Shown here one piece after another: positions 25,201 to 40,200 of a stretch of 64,000 bases of DNA. The DNA is taken from the NCBI RefSeq assembly GCF_902459465.1, contig NC_047075.1:5766001-5830000 (forward strand). The letters run 5' to 3'. Within the stretch, counting starts at the first letter, position 1; each line of letters opens with the position of its first letter. The notes beneath the pieces were generated by a model. It made no database searches, had not been told where the DNA came from, and saw nothing but the letters and a program-made list of their open reading frames with translations. Source of the DNA: Asterias rubens (taxonomy: Eukaryota). The translations under genes were made by a program, and so were the position numbers.

Positions 25201-28200
25201 GGTTTTTTAAGGATTTGTAGTTCGTATATTGTGACATACGTTTATATTCAGCAAAAATCACAAACCCTTATGTTAAAAAAAATACCAGGGTAGGCATATA
25301 CAAATTGTTTGAGAAAACAAATATTGTTTTTAAATTACCTGTATAAGTGACCTTTCGCACTGTAGAAAATTAAATACGGACCGAAGTTTTGATGATACGG
25401 CAAAAATGCTTTGAAATCTTCGACTAAAATGTCAAAAAATGCTACTTATAAAAAAAAATACCGCCACACATCTTTAAAATAAGCCATTAAGGGCCTGGAC
25501 GAAATGCTAAAAATATGTAATAGATTAGTAAAGTAACCATTCGTTGTGGCTAGAAATTCACGGTAAATTAGCGAAAATGAGTTTTTATTCCTGAAAATGA
25601 GAATTTTCAAAAAAGCAATTGTTTACATCGCAAAATTAAGGAAAATAAACAAAAATCAAATCGTTGGATATTTTCCCAATCGGGCACCAACGGCCAACAT
25701 ATTTTTTGTATTTGTTTCCATAAAATGATAGAGTGACTACTTAGCTTTGAAAATAAAATAGCGCCGAAATCCCGCAAGATCGCCTTCACTCCCAAAAACT
25801 AAGTTTTCAGAACGCTGTTTTTAACCAAAAACATCGTGTACATTAACATTACACACGGAAGATATAGCGCCCTCTGTTGACTTCAAAACCACATCATAAA
25901 AATTGTCACAATAATTCGTGAATCACGACACGGATCGATAAATTGTGGATTATTTTAATGGACAACCACGTTTTATCTACTTAAAGATGACATTGAGACA
26001 TGCTTGAGATATTATAAAGGTATTTTTGACCGATTATGAAGGTATTTTGACCGATTATTGTACAGAAACTTGTCGATGTCAGGGTCACATAGGGTTTTAA
26101 ACCACTGTGCAGTGGGTTGACACTCCCATGGAGCTATCTAAAGGACCAAGTCAAACAAAATCAACCAGTGGTTTGAAATAGCTAAAAGACCAACTCTGCC
26201 AAAATCAACCAGGATGTTGTGTCCTAACATACCAACTCCATCAAAATCAACCAAATGGTACAACATTGTGGTGTGCCAAATCTTACAAAATCAACCATAT
26301 TCCACCGATTGATTTTGATAGATTTGGTGCCGATAGTTAATGTAAAAGCTTGTGAGATTATTAATATAACCAGGTGTTTATTATCACAGCAAAACTATGT
26401 ACATTACAGCACTTTTTACAAAAACTGTGTTTATAGCCACGTTCTCAGTAGACTTAAAATTGTTAACTTACCGACGCAAATCATGTTAACTTGCCAAAGG
26501 GCAAACAGCAGGTAACTTAGAGGGTGGTCAATTACTGCCACAGTGATTTTAGGTTGACAGGCTGATTTGAGTTGCGGTAACTAACCAAGGTTTACTTTAA
26601 CAGTCTATTGCGAACTGGCTTAAGATAACAACAGACATGTGTTTAGCTTTCTACCATCATTATCTTCAATCTGTGTAAGTTAAAAGGGTCTATGTACTTT
26701 TTTGTAGGACAAAAACACAATGTCCTCAGATTTACACTAAACTTACACAGTTTGAAGATAATGATAGTAGAAAGCTTCCCTGAAAATATTACGTGCTGAG
26801 GTGCTGTAGTTTTTGAGAATTAGTAAAACAATGTCATGAAAATTACTTTAGCATGTAAAAAAAAACGTTTTTCATAACATTGTTTTACTCAATTTTCAAA
26901 AACTACATCACCTCAACAGCTAATATTGTAAGGTACGCTTTCTGCTATCATTATCTTCAAACGGTGTAAGTTATAAGTAAATCAGTGGACATCACAAAAC
27001 CTTTAATTTCAATCTGTGGAAATTGTGTTTTGAGTAACAAAAAGTACCCACACCCTTTTAACACATGTGTTTTATTATTTAAACATGTGTGTTTATTTTT
27101 TTAGGTTTCAACAAACAATTTAAAATGAAGTTGTCTGAATCTTGAAAATAGTCAAACTGTTTTAAATGTGAGACACAGTCAGTTTTGTGCTCAAGGTTTT
27201 TGATTGACATGCGACATCTCCAAGGGATAGTTATAGACACTGGACACTATTGATTATTGTCAAAGACCAGTCTCCTCACTTGGTGTATCTCAACATTTAT
27301 GCATAAAATAACAAACCTGTGAAAATTTGAGCTCAATCGGTCATGGAAGTTGCGAGATAATAATGAAAGAAAAAACACCCTTGTCACAAAGTTGTGTGCT
27401 TTCAGATGCTTGATTTCGAGACCTCAAATTCTAAATCTGAGGTCTCAAAATCAAATTTGTGGACAATTCAGAGGGAGCCATTTCTCACAATGTTTTATAC
27501 GACCAACCTCTCCCCATTACTTGTTACCAAGTAAGATTTTATGCTAATAATTATTTTGAGTAATTACCAATAGTGTCCACTGCCTTTAAGGAGATGAAAT
27601 GGCAAACTTATAAAGACAGGCCACAATAGGATTATTTTGAGTGTAACTTACCCCTGCTGCATTCTGGTGTGGTTTGCTGAATTCATACTGCTTGGTTTGA
27701 TCATGACAAACTGAAGATGGTTCAGACGCATTTTGTACAGTGTTGATAATGGTGTCCATACGATTACCTTGATCAGTCAGCTATAAACAACACCAATGGT
27801 GATCATAGTAAGTATCATGCAATCAATCAATCAGCTTACATCAGTAAATCAGATTTTAAAATTGGTAAAATCATCCGATCTTCAAAATTAGATTTACTTC
27901 CGGCAGTATCAAAGATAATTACTGCACCAAAACTAACTCTGATTTGGGGTTTTCATAAGCATAAGGGCTTACAATTAAAGTACCTCACTTTCAAAAGAGT
28001 ACACAGAATGTTTATGTTGAAGGTTTAAATTGAATACGTCTTTGACAACTCACCACTGGTACAAGTAACTTTGAATCTATGAATGATCTCAACTTATATT
28101 TAACTCAACTACATGTTCTGAAAAAAAGCTGACCTTGGATCGAGTAAGTTGAGCTTGTCTGACTACTTCCTTCACCGCAAGTCCAGTTATTTCAGCATTT

Positions 28201-31200
28201 ACTCGTTCTATGTCCTAGAAATAAACATTACACATAGTTTCTTGTGATCATCAACTGTTCATCAATAACCTCAACAATTATCGTAATGTACTTCTGTGAC
28301 TTCTACTGTCAAATCTTTTTAGAAGCAATATCTAAANNNNNNNNNNNNNNNNNNNNNNNNNNNNNNNNNNNNNNNNNNNNNNNNNNNNNNNNNNNNNNNN
28401 NNNNNNNNNNNNNNNNNNNNNNNNNNNNNNNNNNNNNNNNNNNNNNNNNNNNNNNNNNNNNNNNNNNNNNNNGTAAAGAAATGTTTGAAGTCTAAACTAA
28501 ACGGGGGGAACATGATTAAGGCGATTAACACATGGGCCGTGTCTTTGATGAGGTACAGTGCGGGTATTGTCGAGTGGACTAAGGAAGATCTAGATGTCAC
28601 TGACAGGAGGACAAGAAAACTAATGACCATGCATGGCATGCTCCCCCCGCGGTCAAATGTTAGTAGACTCTATCTTCCGAGGTCAGAGGGCGGAAGGGGG
28701 TTGCTCAGCGTGGCGGACAGTGTTAACATCGAGCGCAGAAGCTTGCATTGTCATGTCAGGAGGACAGAGGAGAGCTTGTTGAAAGTTGCACAAAGGTACA
28801 CGACGGCAGACGAAGTTGGGCCGTAGGAGTACAAGAGGGAAAGGAAGGAGGAAAGACATCAAGATTGGAGGAACAAACCACTTCATGGCCGGTTCTTGAG
28901 GTGTACTGAGGAAGTGGCCAGCAGCAAGTCATGGAATTGGTTAAAGAGTGGAGGACTAAAGAAGGAAACATAGGGCTTGATTACTGCGGCGCAAGACCAG
29001 TCTCTAAGGACAAATGTAACGAAGGCAAGGATAGAGAAAGCAAACGTCTCTCCTATGTGTAGAATGTGCAATAAAGCAGAGGAGACTGTATTTCATATTG
29101 TTAGCGAATGCAGTAAGATAGCCCAGACGGAGTACAAAGGAAGACATGACAAGCTGGCCAATTCACTGGGATCTGTGTAAGAAGTATGGTGTCAAAGTAC
29201 TTGCGAAATGGTACGACCATGTTCCGGAGAAAGTTGTAGAGACCGACCAGGTCAAGATCCTATGGGACTTTAACATTCAGACCGATCATGTTATACAACA
29301 CAGGCGTCCGGATGTTGTACTATTAGATAAGACAAAGAAGATGTGTCATCTCATTGACATAGCTGTGCCAGGTGATACAAGGGTAGCTTCGAAGGAGATG
29401 GAAAAGATCGAGAAGTACCAGGACCTGGCCAGGGAACTTCGTAAGATTTGGCAGGTAAAGGTAAAAGTAGTCCCCGTGGTGGTTGGAGCACTTGGCACCA
29501 TTCCCAAAGCACTGGGGAAACATCTAGATGAATTAGGGACAAATGTGAGGGTAGATCTGTTACAGAAGGCAGCGCTTTTGGGAACAGCGAGGATCCTGAG
29601 AAAGACCCTTGAGATCTAAGGCTACGGGACGTAGCCCGACTCGAAGAGTTACCGGCACAAAGAAAAATGTGATCTTTCTTTTGCATGCTGTGATAAAATG
29701 AAATAATAATATTAATACTAGTTTTATATAGCGCTTTTCACGCCCTAGGGGTGTCTCAAAGCGCTTCCGACATTATTACCCCTGGTCACTGGGCCTTAAA
29801 TCATTCCTTAAACCATCTCAGCTCCCTGGGGAGTATACAGCCTGTGCGCAATATATGCGCTACTCGACTCAACCAATCACAAGAACCATCTCTGCTCTCA
29901 CACAGGTACCCATTTACCCCTGGGTGGAGAGAAGCAATTATAGTTAAGTGTCCTGCTCAGGAACACAAGTGTCACGACCGGGATTCGAAACCCACACTCT
30001 GCTGAACAGAAGCATCAGAAGGCCACGACACCCTGTCGGCCACGACACCCTGAGCTGAGCAGCACTTTGGTCAAGATGGGTCAACATCTGGAAGCTTTCA
30101 AGATAAAACAAGCATATTCAAACAGGCCCGAAGACATGTGATATTGAGCACGACCATATTGAACCCAACAAACTGATCAATAAAAACAAATTCAGCAAGT
30201 TTCTCTGGTGACTGTGGCTGATGAACAAGCAAGTCCAGCAACAAACAAGAAGTGTACTTACTTTGCTCAGTGATGGTAGTGCTGTATTACAGATACCCGC
30301 ATTCAAAATATTGATTCCAGTCAGTTGCAGAACATAGTCATTATGTTTATTGTAGCACAGTGCTGTGTTGTGATTCTAATGCAGAGTGACAAGTAAACAT
30401 TGTAGAAATAATCAATACATATATTGGTATAACCACAAATATGATGAACTTTCTACTTGATACTATAACCTTCAAATCTTGCTGATGTTGAAGGCAGTGA
30501 CTTTGATAGATGTACTTGCTAAAGATCAATCACTTTCATTGACATACTCTAAAAATTCAATCAGCATTTTCACATTATATCAGCATTGACAAAACAACAA
30601 AGGACTGTGAAATCTCAGTTTGGCTAACTACTGCAATTACACTCCCTTTGTCAAAAACTACTTCCCCACAACTTATCAAGAATAGTTACGGAAGGTGTAT
30701 ATATGTACATGTAACATAAATTCAGCATACTGAAAAGTATAAGCATCCACAGTAATTCAAAATAAAACTAAATAAAGTTTCAGAGTGAAATGCACCAACC
30801 TTAATGTTGTCCATACCGTCCCGATCCATCTTATGCCAGGCCTCACTATACTCTTTCTCAAGCTGTTAATTAAAGACAAGTTTGCATAATGCATGATATG
30901 CTACAACCATTAATATAGCCAATGTTGTTAAATTTAAATGAAAACAAAATAACTTTGAACAACATAATGCCAAAATGTCAGAGTAACACACTGAGTAATG
31001 CAATGCCAAGTAAGGCATGAGTCAGATGCTGTCAAGGGAATCTTGAGGTCATCATGGTCAGATAACATTCGATAAGTACCGGTGCATTACAGTACCGATT
31101 GAAAATAAGTGGATAGCTTTTGCACGATAGAAATGCCTGGTTTTATCACGCCAGACAACAAAATGCGTAAACAGCCGTCGTAATTTGTCGCACGTAGGCG

Positions 31201-34200
31201 GTACTTTTTCGCGACAATCTCCACGCGACAATCTCCACGCGAATAATGCTGGACCATTCTCCTTGCATGGTTGCGTGAATGCTTGAGATGTGATTCATTG
31301 TTGTTCCGAGCTGAAAGCAACCACAGCCTATTACAGATTTATTTAAAAGGAAACAGTCGGTTTGATTTGAAGAACTCTTTACTGATAAGAAGTTTGAAAC
31401 TTTAGCGGCATCACAAAGGAAATGAACCAATACAGCCCATTCCAAATGAACGAACACACGAAAGTTCTATAGTGTCACTTTTATATAAACCTTCCGCCCC
31501 TCTGTCCAGTGCTGGTCTAAAACTAACCCAATAGGCAACCGACTACATGTACGTCTTTATTTGGAAGGAGGCAACCGGTTTTATTGGACGAGCTAGTTTC
31601 AGAAACAAGTATAAAAAGCTAGCGGTATCACATAGGAAGTGTACATGTATTTTTATCTTCTAACACTCGCTTAATACTCCAATCAGATGCTCGAACCGAG
31701 TTTGATATAAAAGCTATAACCTACCCCCAGTTATTGCACTCTGCGTATTGTGAGTGTCAATGCATCCAGCTCAGCATACGATCAGTGCAAAAAATCACAT
31801 TCTAAAGCTTTGCGCGTCAAAACCAATAACAAAAACACAACCTGACCTCATTGATTTAATAAGGCTGGAAGATGAATTCGTTATTACAAGCTACATGTAC
31901 CATCCAACTCGGCCTTCTGGCCTCGTTTGACATGGGACGCAGAAGCGCTATATTTTTCTGTATTCCACTCTTTAAAAAAAGCAATTGCCAGTGCTGACCA
32001 GTACTGTACATCTAGCATTACCTTCAACAAACTGCAATCATTCATCCTGATTTCTTGACAAAGATTTTCACGATAGCGAATTGCATCATTGAGTATGATA
32101 CGACTTGTTGTCTGCTGAACTGCATTACTTACACCACTCTCAAGATTGTTTGCAAGATCAAAGTAATCCTGCAATCATAAATAATCAAAGAATAAAGAGT
32201 AGCAAAAATCATTCATCTCAAACCAATCTCATAACATCAATAAAAAGTTCATTTAATTGTAACTAGGAGACCAGGTTTGACACTTTTTGTTGCAAAATAA
32301 GATGTTTGTTTTAAATATTGTTCCAATGTGTATTGCTACTAAACATCCCTTCAACATGTTGAATCAATAGTAATTTGGTCTGTAGTGCTAATTTTTAAGG
32401 GACATACTTTTTAAACAACAATATTTAGGCCGTTATGTCATGCATGTGCAGCATCATGCTATATGCACACAAAATGTTGGATGCGTATGACTGCATTTTC
32501 AACAAGAAGTGGAACCTGGACTGCTCCATTTTAGGAGAAGCCTAGTAAGGGGAGGCAGATTTCCCGAACAGACAGACTGACTGGTTAATCATCCTGCATC
32601 TTGCACGATACATTGTACCTCACACACAGACCTTTGTATTTTTGAACTTTTTTTTTCCAAGATAAACTTAACACAAAATAAACTCATCCACCCCACACTC
32701 TGAAAATTATTTTGAAAAACTTCTGAACAACAGGGCCAACTCAACCAGAAACAACCTAACCTCACAGGACAAAATAACAAAGATCTGGTCAATTATAACC
32801 ATATTGGATTCCATCATTAAAATGTTGAGTGTTGTGTAATGATACAAAGCAAAATATAGGATGTCACATGCTGCACCAATCAAATACCATGTAAGAAGGA
32901 TCTGTGTTGTGGACAGTGATTCAGAATATAGTTACAGGTAATGAATGTACTCACAATAGATACAGCAGCATATTCATCCAATAGTTTCTCCCATACATTC
33001 ACAAACCACTGGTGCTCACAATGCTTCCTGTCAATTGCAATCATGCTAACAATTAATCAAAATCAAACAAAAGAATGAATTAAAAAATTAGTGTTCCCCA
33101 CATTGGTTTTATAACAGTTCAATTCAAACAACATGTATTTCCATATCACAGAAATACGACAGCAGTGCATGCAGAAGATAGACAACTAATTAAGTAAACT
33201 TACAAATAATAATATCTAGTTCTTAGAGCATTTTACAAAAAGGGAAGGGTTGTGCCTTTATCAAATGTTCACTTCTCTTTTAGTCCCATTCATAAAGGCC
33301 TTTTTGTTAATTTAAGTGAAATCAAGTTGGAAAATAAGGGGGGAAAATCAAGACGATTTTAAATTTCTGACATGGGGCTCCGTTTTGCTTGGGTCAAGGT
33401 AAAGATACATGTTGACTCACCCATCTCTGATAACAGCTTGGTCTCTGAATGATTCTACTAATGACTGCAGATTAATGGCCAGGTTCTCATACAATAAAGC
33501 AACTTGATGGGAAAACTCTAAAACTGTACAAACAAAATCAAAACACAATTTGCCTCTTAAGTTATCTTAAGTGTAAGAATGTACCAAATTAAGGGGGGGG
33601 GGGGTGTGATTCATGGGTTCTCAGATCTTCTTCCAAAAAAATGGGAGTAATACATCATCTTACCAAACGAATAAATCCAAAATATTAGTTTGCAGACGCT
33701 TTCGGTAATTGGAGTTATCAGTTTTCAATGTTTTGGCCAAAAAGCCCCTGTGAAACGAATAACTACATTCCCTGTAAACACTAAAATGTGCGCCAAGCTC
33801 GTCCCATAAAAAGTAAAACAGAAAATTTATTTTAAAAAATTCTGTCTTCAAAGCCCTGTCAACACTTTCTCAAATGAACAAGGGCTCCAAGTGGTTATAA
33901 TATTGAAGCCTCATATGGTGCAAACCTGTAACAACAAACTAAACAGAGGTCTGACATGACTGAAAACATAGATGATGTCATCAGGTTCGGAGTAAGATTA
34001 TTTTAATGATTTACTTATTTTTCTAATAGCTGAACTACACCCTGTACTGGCCTACACGCTGGATTAACATTACAAATGCATTTAACCTGAGATTTTATAA
34101 CAACACACAAAAATATGCATTGACTTGCTCCCAATATAAACTTGTTATTCCAGTCCAAACCAGAAGCTAATGTAGACAAATATTTTTCAATTCTATTTTG

Positions 34201-37200
34201 AGAAGTGTAAATATGAAGGAGCCTCAGACAAGCTTGAAATAACGTGCTCGTGAAATGAGCAAACAACAAATTTGTGCCACGAAAAGTGACCTTGAACCCA
34301 GGTAAACACCCAGCTACCCAGCCTGCCCTGTCACCTGGGCAGTAATTTTTTTTCAATTTCAATTTCAATTCACTATATTATCCACGATGGGAAATTCATT
34401 TCGGCCTTTTATATAACAAATTTACAAAATTTACATAAATTATAGACGATGTGACCTGTGACATCACATGTTTACAAAGAGCCGCAGAGCCTGGACTTCC
34501 TGCAGGCACGATTTGTACTCAGCCTTATGGAATAAAACATAACATCTTATATTTTTTTCAGATTGCACTGTCTAATTCTAAATTTGTTTTGGTATTATGA
34601 AAGGGGGCACATCTCAAAACTTGTCCAACTTTAACTTTCATAATTCTTTGATTTGAGTGGAAATTATGACACAAAATGTCAACTTTCCCATAGAGGACCT
34701 ATTGTGCCTGCCAGAATACTGAAAGAATGTACGAGTTCACACCTACTGTAAACAAAGTTCACATGGTCAATTATCTAACATAAAACAGACAAAAAACACT
34801 ACAAGCCACAAAAGTCTATAAAATAGATATTACATGAAAAGCTGAATTATAAAAGATTGGTTTTACAAAAATATTACAGAAAACCTAACACATTGAAAAT
34901 AAAGGAAAATAAAACCCATGACGATCTCTGTTAAACACTAAAACCTTTGCAAAAAAAGGAAACTAAAGCCCTTTCTTAAATGGAATGGTGGCTTGCGTAT
35001 TGTGTGCATTCTACGTTATGTTGCAGTCAGCCTACAATAGGGATCAATGCAGTTATAGTTCACTGAGATATTACTAGGTCCGGGCAGCGTGGGCTAAAGT
35101 CTACTTGTCATGTCGCTTAACATTCATCGAACAGTTCCTGAGATATTGTTAGCAATAATAAAAATAGTTGTACAGTATGTTATTTTTTAAGTAAATTATT
35201 ATACGCCTAAGTCAAACTAGTACACGTATTACATGTTACAAATCATTTTCATCCCCAAACAAAAAACAGACTGGTTCCGTTTTACAAGCAGTGTGGAGAA
35301 TCATCACCAATTTACAAAATAAATTTATTAAATAAGATGGCATAAATAGGCTATTTCTGTGTCTTCAGAAATAAAAATGGAATGTGTTTGGGTTTTTATA
35401 AATATTTTTTATTTATTTGGAGTATAAACTAATGATAAAATGAGAGCAAGGTTTTGAGATTTTAACCGTGGTCACTTTTGTGGCTCAACTGATGGATCAA
35501 CCCTGTAACTATAACTGTAGCAACTTTCAAAGTAGTTTCTATGTATTGTTTAAAAAAAATTCTTTTACAATGCGTTTTTGTTTTCTTTTAAAATAAAATT
35601 TTGTTTTGAGTTGTCCATAATTACCATTAGTGATACCAGAAATTGTTTAAATCATGGTTGTTGTACAGAGTGTCAGACTGTGTACAGTATTTAATTTAAA
35701 ACAAGGACGTCACATTTAACATTTTTTGTGAGTGAATCATGTCAGCGTATCATACATTATTCTTATAGGACCTACCTTCACAACTGTCTTGTTGTGAAGG
35801 TCTAAACAGCTGTGTAGCGATGATTCTATTGATAACTATCCCTTGACTCCTTGACATTTAAATGGTATGTAGTATCAAGACAAAGCAGCTCCATACGATA
35901 CAAGTGCATGGCTCTACTGTACGATCTATGCAAGTAATATGCAGTCCATATTTTAAAAACCAATATTCAAGGCTAGATCCTCATACAATGTGGTAGATTG
36001 CTTCACAGTTCAATTTCTTACGAGGCACGCACCAATAGCAGAAGATAAACATTAATTGACATACATTGTAAATTAAATTGCTTTATGATAGATGATATTA
36101 AAAAATAAATATCTCGATAACTCAGGCTACACCATATCTGAAAGAGTTAAAAAGAAAAGTGAAGGATAGTGAATTCAAATTTTATGGACATTTCTTGATT
36201 TGTACATATATACATGTACACCACATTTCACTGATGTACAAAAATCAACTTTATCACGAAAAACTGCTTGTTACTTTTAAAAAATCAATGTGCCAATTTA
36301 TAAAATATCATTTTTTCCCCTTGAAAATACACTGAACAAAATGCATTTGAAAAAGCAAATTCAGAATAAAGATTTTGAAGTTGATCCTGGCATGTGCTTG
36401 GATTAATATGAAAGTGTAAAGAAACTTGTAGGGACAATTTTTATTTTTGTAGTGTCCACTTTGGCTTGGAAATGCCCATCTGCAGCTTCCCATTAAACCA
36501 TAAAATAATCTTCATTAAGTTCAGTAAATAGACACCTTAGAAAGGTGCCGTGTGGGTGTGGTTCAGGCATACAAATTTCAAATACATTTTGTGAGGATAT
36601 TGCAAATAGGTTAATGAAGTAGGCACTTACATGTAGTAAGGATCATTTTGTAGAAGGGCAATTCCACATTAATGGGCACAAAAGTGTTGACACAGGAGGG
36701 GAACGTTGGATAGTAGTAATATTTTGTAATGAAGTGTTGTCATGTTTTTTTGTCTGTGTACATTCAGAAGCACATGAGGATTGTGGTTGACAAAAAAAAA
36801 GGTAAATGAAAGAAACTGGAGGAGATAAGTCAGAAACTGGAGGAGATAAGTCTTGAAGATTTATACGTTTGTATCAAGGACAGACATTTTGGTTATCATT
36901 TGATAGAAGTTATACTTACCAGCCAAACTAAAAGCAACATTTATTCCTCAGCTATTTAAGGTATTTAATTTGGTAAAAACAAATTTGTGTAGGACAAACA
37001 AGGACAGACTTTTGTCACAAAAGTGTCTGTCCATTGTTAGTGTGGCTTATTTCCCATTTTTATTCCCTTAATACCCACAGCAGCATCTCAGTTTTATTGC
37101 TTACAATCTTTGAGAGACAGGAAAAAATTGTTTTGTCTTACATCATTTTGAGTGTTCAAAATGTGTCAAGTCCCGTCCTGCCTTTCACCTTCCTTTCCAT

Positions 37201-40200
37201 AAACTTTTGGACTATGTGTTGCTTGATTGGGTGTTCTTTTTCCTCTTTTCCCTTTATTTTAATTGTGTCTTGTTTCGTTCATTGCTTGAAAATGAAAGAC
37301 TACCACTGAAGCTGGCCATGACCAATATCACCTGTCTTGAATAAGTTGTTTTATATAACACCCAAGCAGATCATTGCCATTTGATTGGAGGATTGTCCGT
37401 CACGTGATAGCAAATAAAAGTACCATTGCACGCTGAGTCACTCACCGTGCTTTTTCAGTCCATCCGAAAAGTACTATTGCATGCTGCCAGCGTGCAATAC
37501 CAGCATGCAATAGTACTTTTCGGATGGAACAAAAAAGCTGAGTAAAAAAATCACTGCGTGCGCGTGTCTTTGGTAACGCAGCAGTGTAGCCATTCGGCTT
37601 CTGCGTGTCTCAAAATAGCTGTACAGAACGCACATAGTGACTGTTGAATCCAACAGGTTGACCCAAAGAGAAACGGGTGTAATTTCACAATAAAAATTGT
37701 AGGCCTACGCTTTGTTTGTTTTAAAAATTGTATCTTCCAATCAAAATGACAAAGATCTACTTGGATGTTATATAAAACAAATAATGAATGTTTTTCATTC
37801 GCAATGGTGCGAATATGTTCATTCGTTGAAAGCTGGAATGTTCCATCCACCTCGTTGAATAGAAGGGCAGTTCCATGAAAAGTTGACATGGCCCAAACAT
37901 TTCAAATCAAATCCATAATTATAAACCATCATCCATAGAATATTGTAGCATAGAGTTCAAAGTTTATGAAACAACTTGACTTTATCATATTGTTTTCGAT
38001 ACACTTGAAGAAAATGTCCTCTGAAGTGGATAAATGGTTCTGAACTAAAAAGTTCTGTTAAGATGGTACTTTTGCTTTTTGTCCATTTTATTGACTTTTA
38101 AGTGATTAAATCTGGTTTATTATTTATTTCCTATAGTTCATTCTGGCACTAATATTCAGATTTGAAAGAAAAAATTGTTTCACATTTTATGAATGAATAT
38201 TTAAAGCACTTGTGGGTAGTGTAATGTGAGTAACCAAAATATGATTTGTTTTTCCTAGTGAATGTTTTTCTTAGTTTTAAAACTTGCCACTTGTAATAAT
38301 AATTCTATTGGTGATCTCAAATGTAAAAATAGGGTCCTAAATGATGTATTCACTAACACCAATATTGGGTGAGGTGATGAAAAGTGTAACGTGAGTAACT
38401 ATGTAACGTGAGTAACCACAAATGTAACGTGAGTAACCATGATAAACAAGTTAATTGAATTTTCCTTATTGTAACATGGACACATATGTACAGGAACATA
38501 CAGTACAGGAACATACAGTACGTTTGTTTAGGTCTTCATCTCACACTCTAATATACATCTAGGCTACAAGACGTTAAACCTTAAAGACAGCCAGTAATGA
38601 CTGTTCCATAGTACTAACAGCTGAACTGAAATTCCACTGCGTAATTAAATAATTTATATTTAACGAAATATTATTATTATTGTTGTTTTCGGAGAAATGC
38701 CACTCTAAAATGCTGAGAAACATAGGTGCTAAACTGAAAGAAACTTGGAGATACATAGATTGAATACAAGGAAAGACACATGGCACATGTACAGTATGTG
38801 TAATGTAGAAATCTAAAGAGAGAAAAAGGGCAGATGAAGCTTTGCTTCCTGTGCTTTGCTTCATATGTAAGAAGCAAAAGGATATGCGAGAAGATGCGAC
38901 CGGCTGGAAATTGTACTACACGTGGCCAATCCAACAGAATTAGATTTTCTACTTTCAATAAAAGCTAGTTGCGAAACTGGATGCACCTGTAGTACAGAGG
39001 CAACTTCAAGTTTTCAGTAAAGCTGTTGGTTTGCCATGTACAGTACCTTTATTCATTATTAACTGCAACATTTTTAATGATGTGTGTACCCAATCCTATA
39101 GAAGAACTTTTTGATTTGTTGTAGAGTTCAATAAAACAAATTGCATTGGCATAGCATGTTCGAAAGTTCAATTTTGTGAGAAAAGTGAAAGAAAGAATAA
39201 ATTAAGAAGTAGGGATCTTGTTATTGTTAGCAGAACTAATTATCTACTCTATTGTAAACACAAGACTGTCAAAATTTGGTAAGATAACTTTGCTGGTTCT
39301 TGCCCTTACAGAGTTTTATGCTGTGTAACGTGAGTAAACATGTTTTACATGGATTCCTAAAAAATTAAAGATTCTTGGAGATTTGTTTTACTCCTATTAT
39401 TTGTGCCTCATGGCAAGATCTTTTATCGAGTTAAAAGAAATTTCCACACATTGCTTGTATGAGGAGATTTTTGATTAAAGCACGTTTATTTTTTATGCAT
39501 GTCAGGAAATGTAACGTGAGTAACCGAGTTTGTGTGTCTTTTAAATCATACTTAACAACATTTTCTGGAAATCATCTTTGGTTCTTAAGTTGGTCTGGGT
39601 ATACTCTAACTACCATAGGGATAGCAGTTAATAAGCCTTTTCAGTAAAGCAGTTACAGCACAAGGAATAACTACCATAGGGATAACAGTTAATAAGCCTT
39701 TTCAGTAAAGCAGTTACAGCACAAGCAATAACTACCATAGGGATAACAGTTAATAAGCCTTTTCAGTAAAGCAATTGCAGCACAAGGAATCACTACCATA
39801 GGGATAACAGTTAATAAACGTTTTCAGTAAAGCAGTTACAGCACAAGGAATAACTACCATAGGGATAACAGTTAATAAACATTTTTAGTAAAGCAATTAC
39901 AGCACAAGGAATAACTACCATAGGGATAACAGTTAATAAGCCTTTTCAGTAAAGCAATTACATCACAAGGAATAACTACCATAGGGATAACAGTTAATAA
40001 GCCTTTTCAGTAAAGCAATTACATCACAAGTAATAACTACCATAGGGATAACAGTTAATAAACGTTTTTAGTAAAGCAATTACAGCACAAGGAATAACTA
40101 TGTACCATAGGGATAACAGTTAATAAACGTTTTCAGTAAATCAATTACAGCACAAGGAATAACTACCATAGGGATAACAGTTAATAAACGTTTTTAGTAA

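Noticed and set aside
30470-30519. AG/GT-bounded segment KYIYQSHCLQHQQDLK as an F-BAR exon
   Set aside because: Needs a phase-2 start but lies between two exons that already join in phase 0.
36900-38050. Candidate exons for the first F-BAR helix (~36918 and ~37975-38044)
   Set aside because: They lie inside the putative 36656-40518 transposon, and give stops or weak donors when joined.
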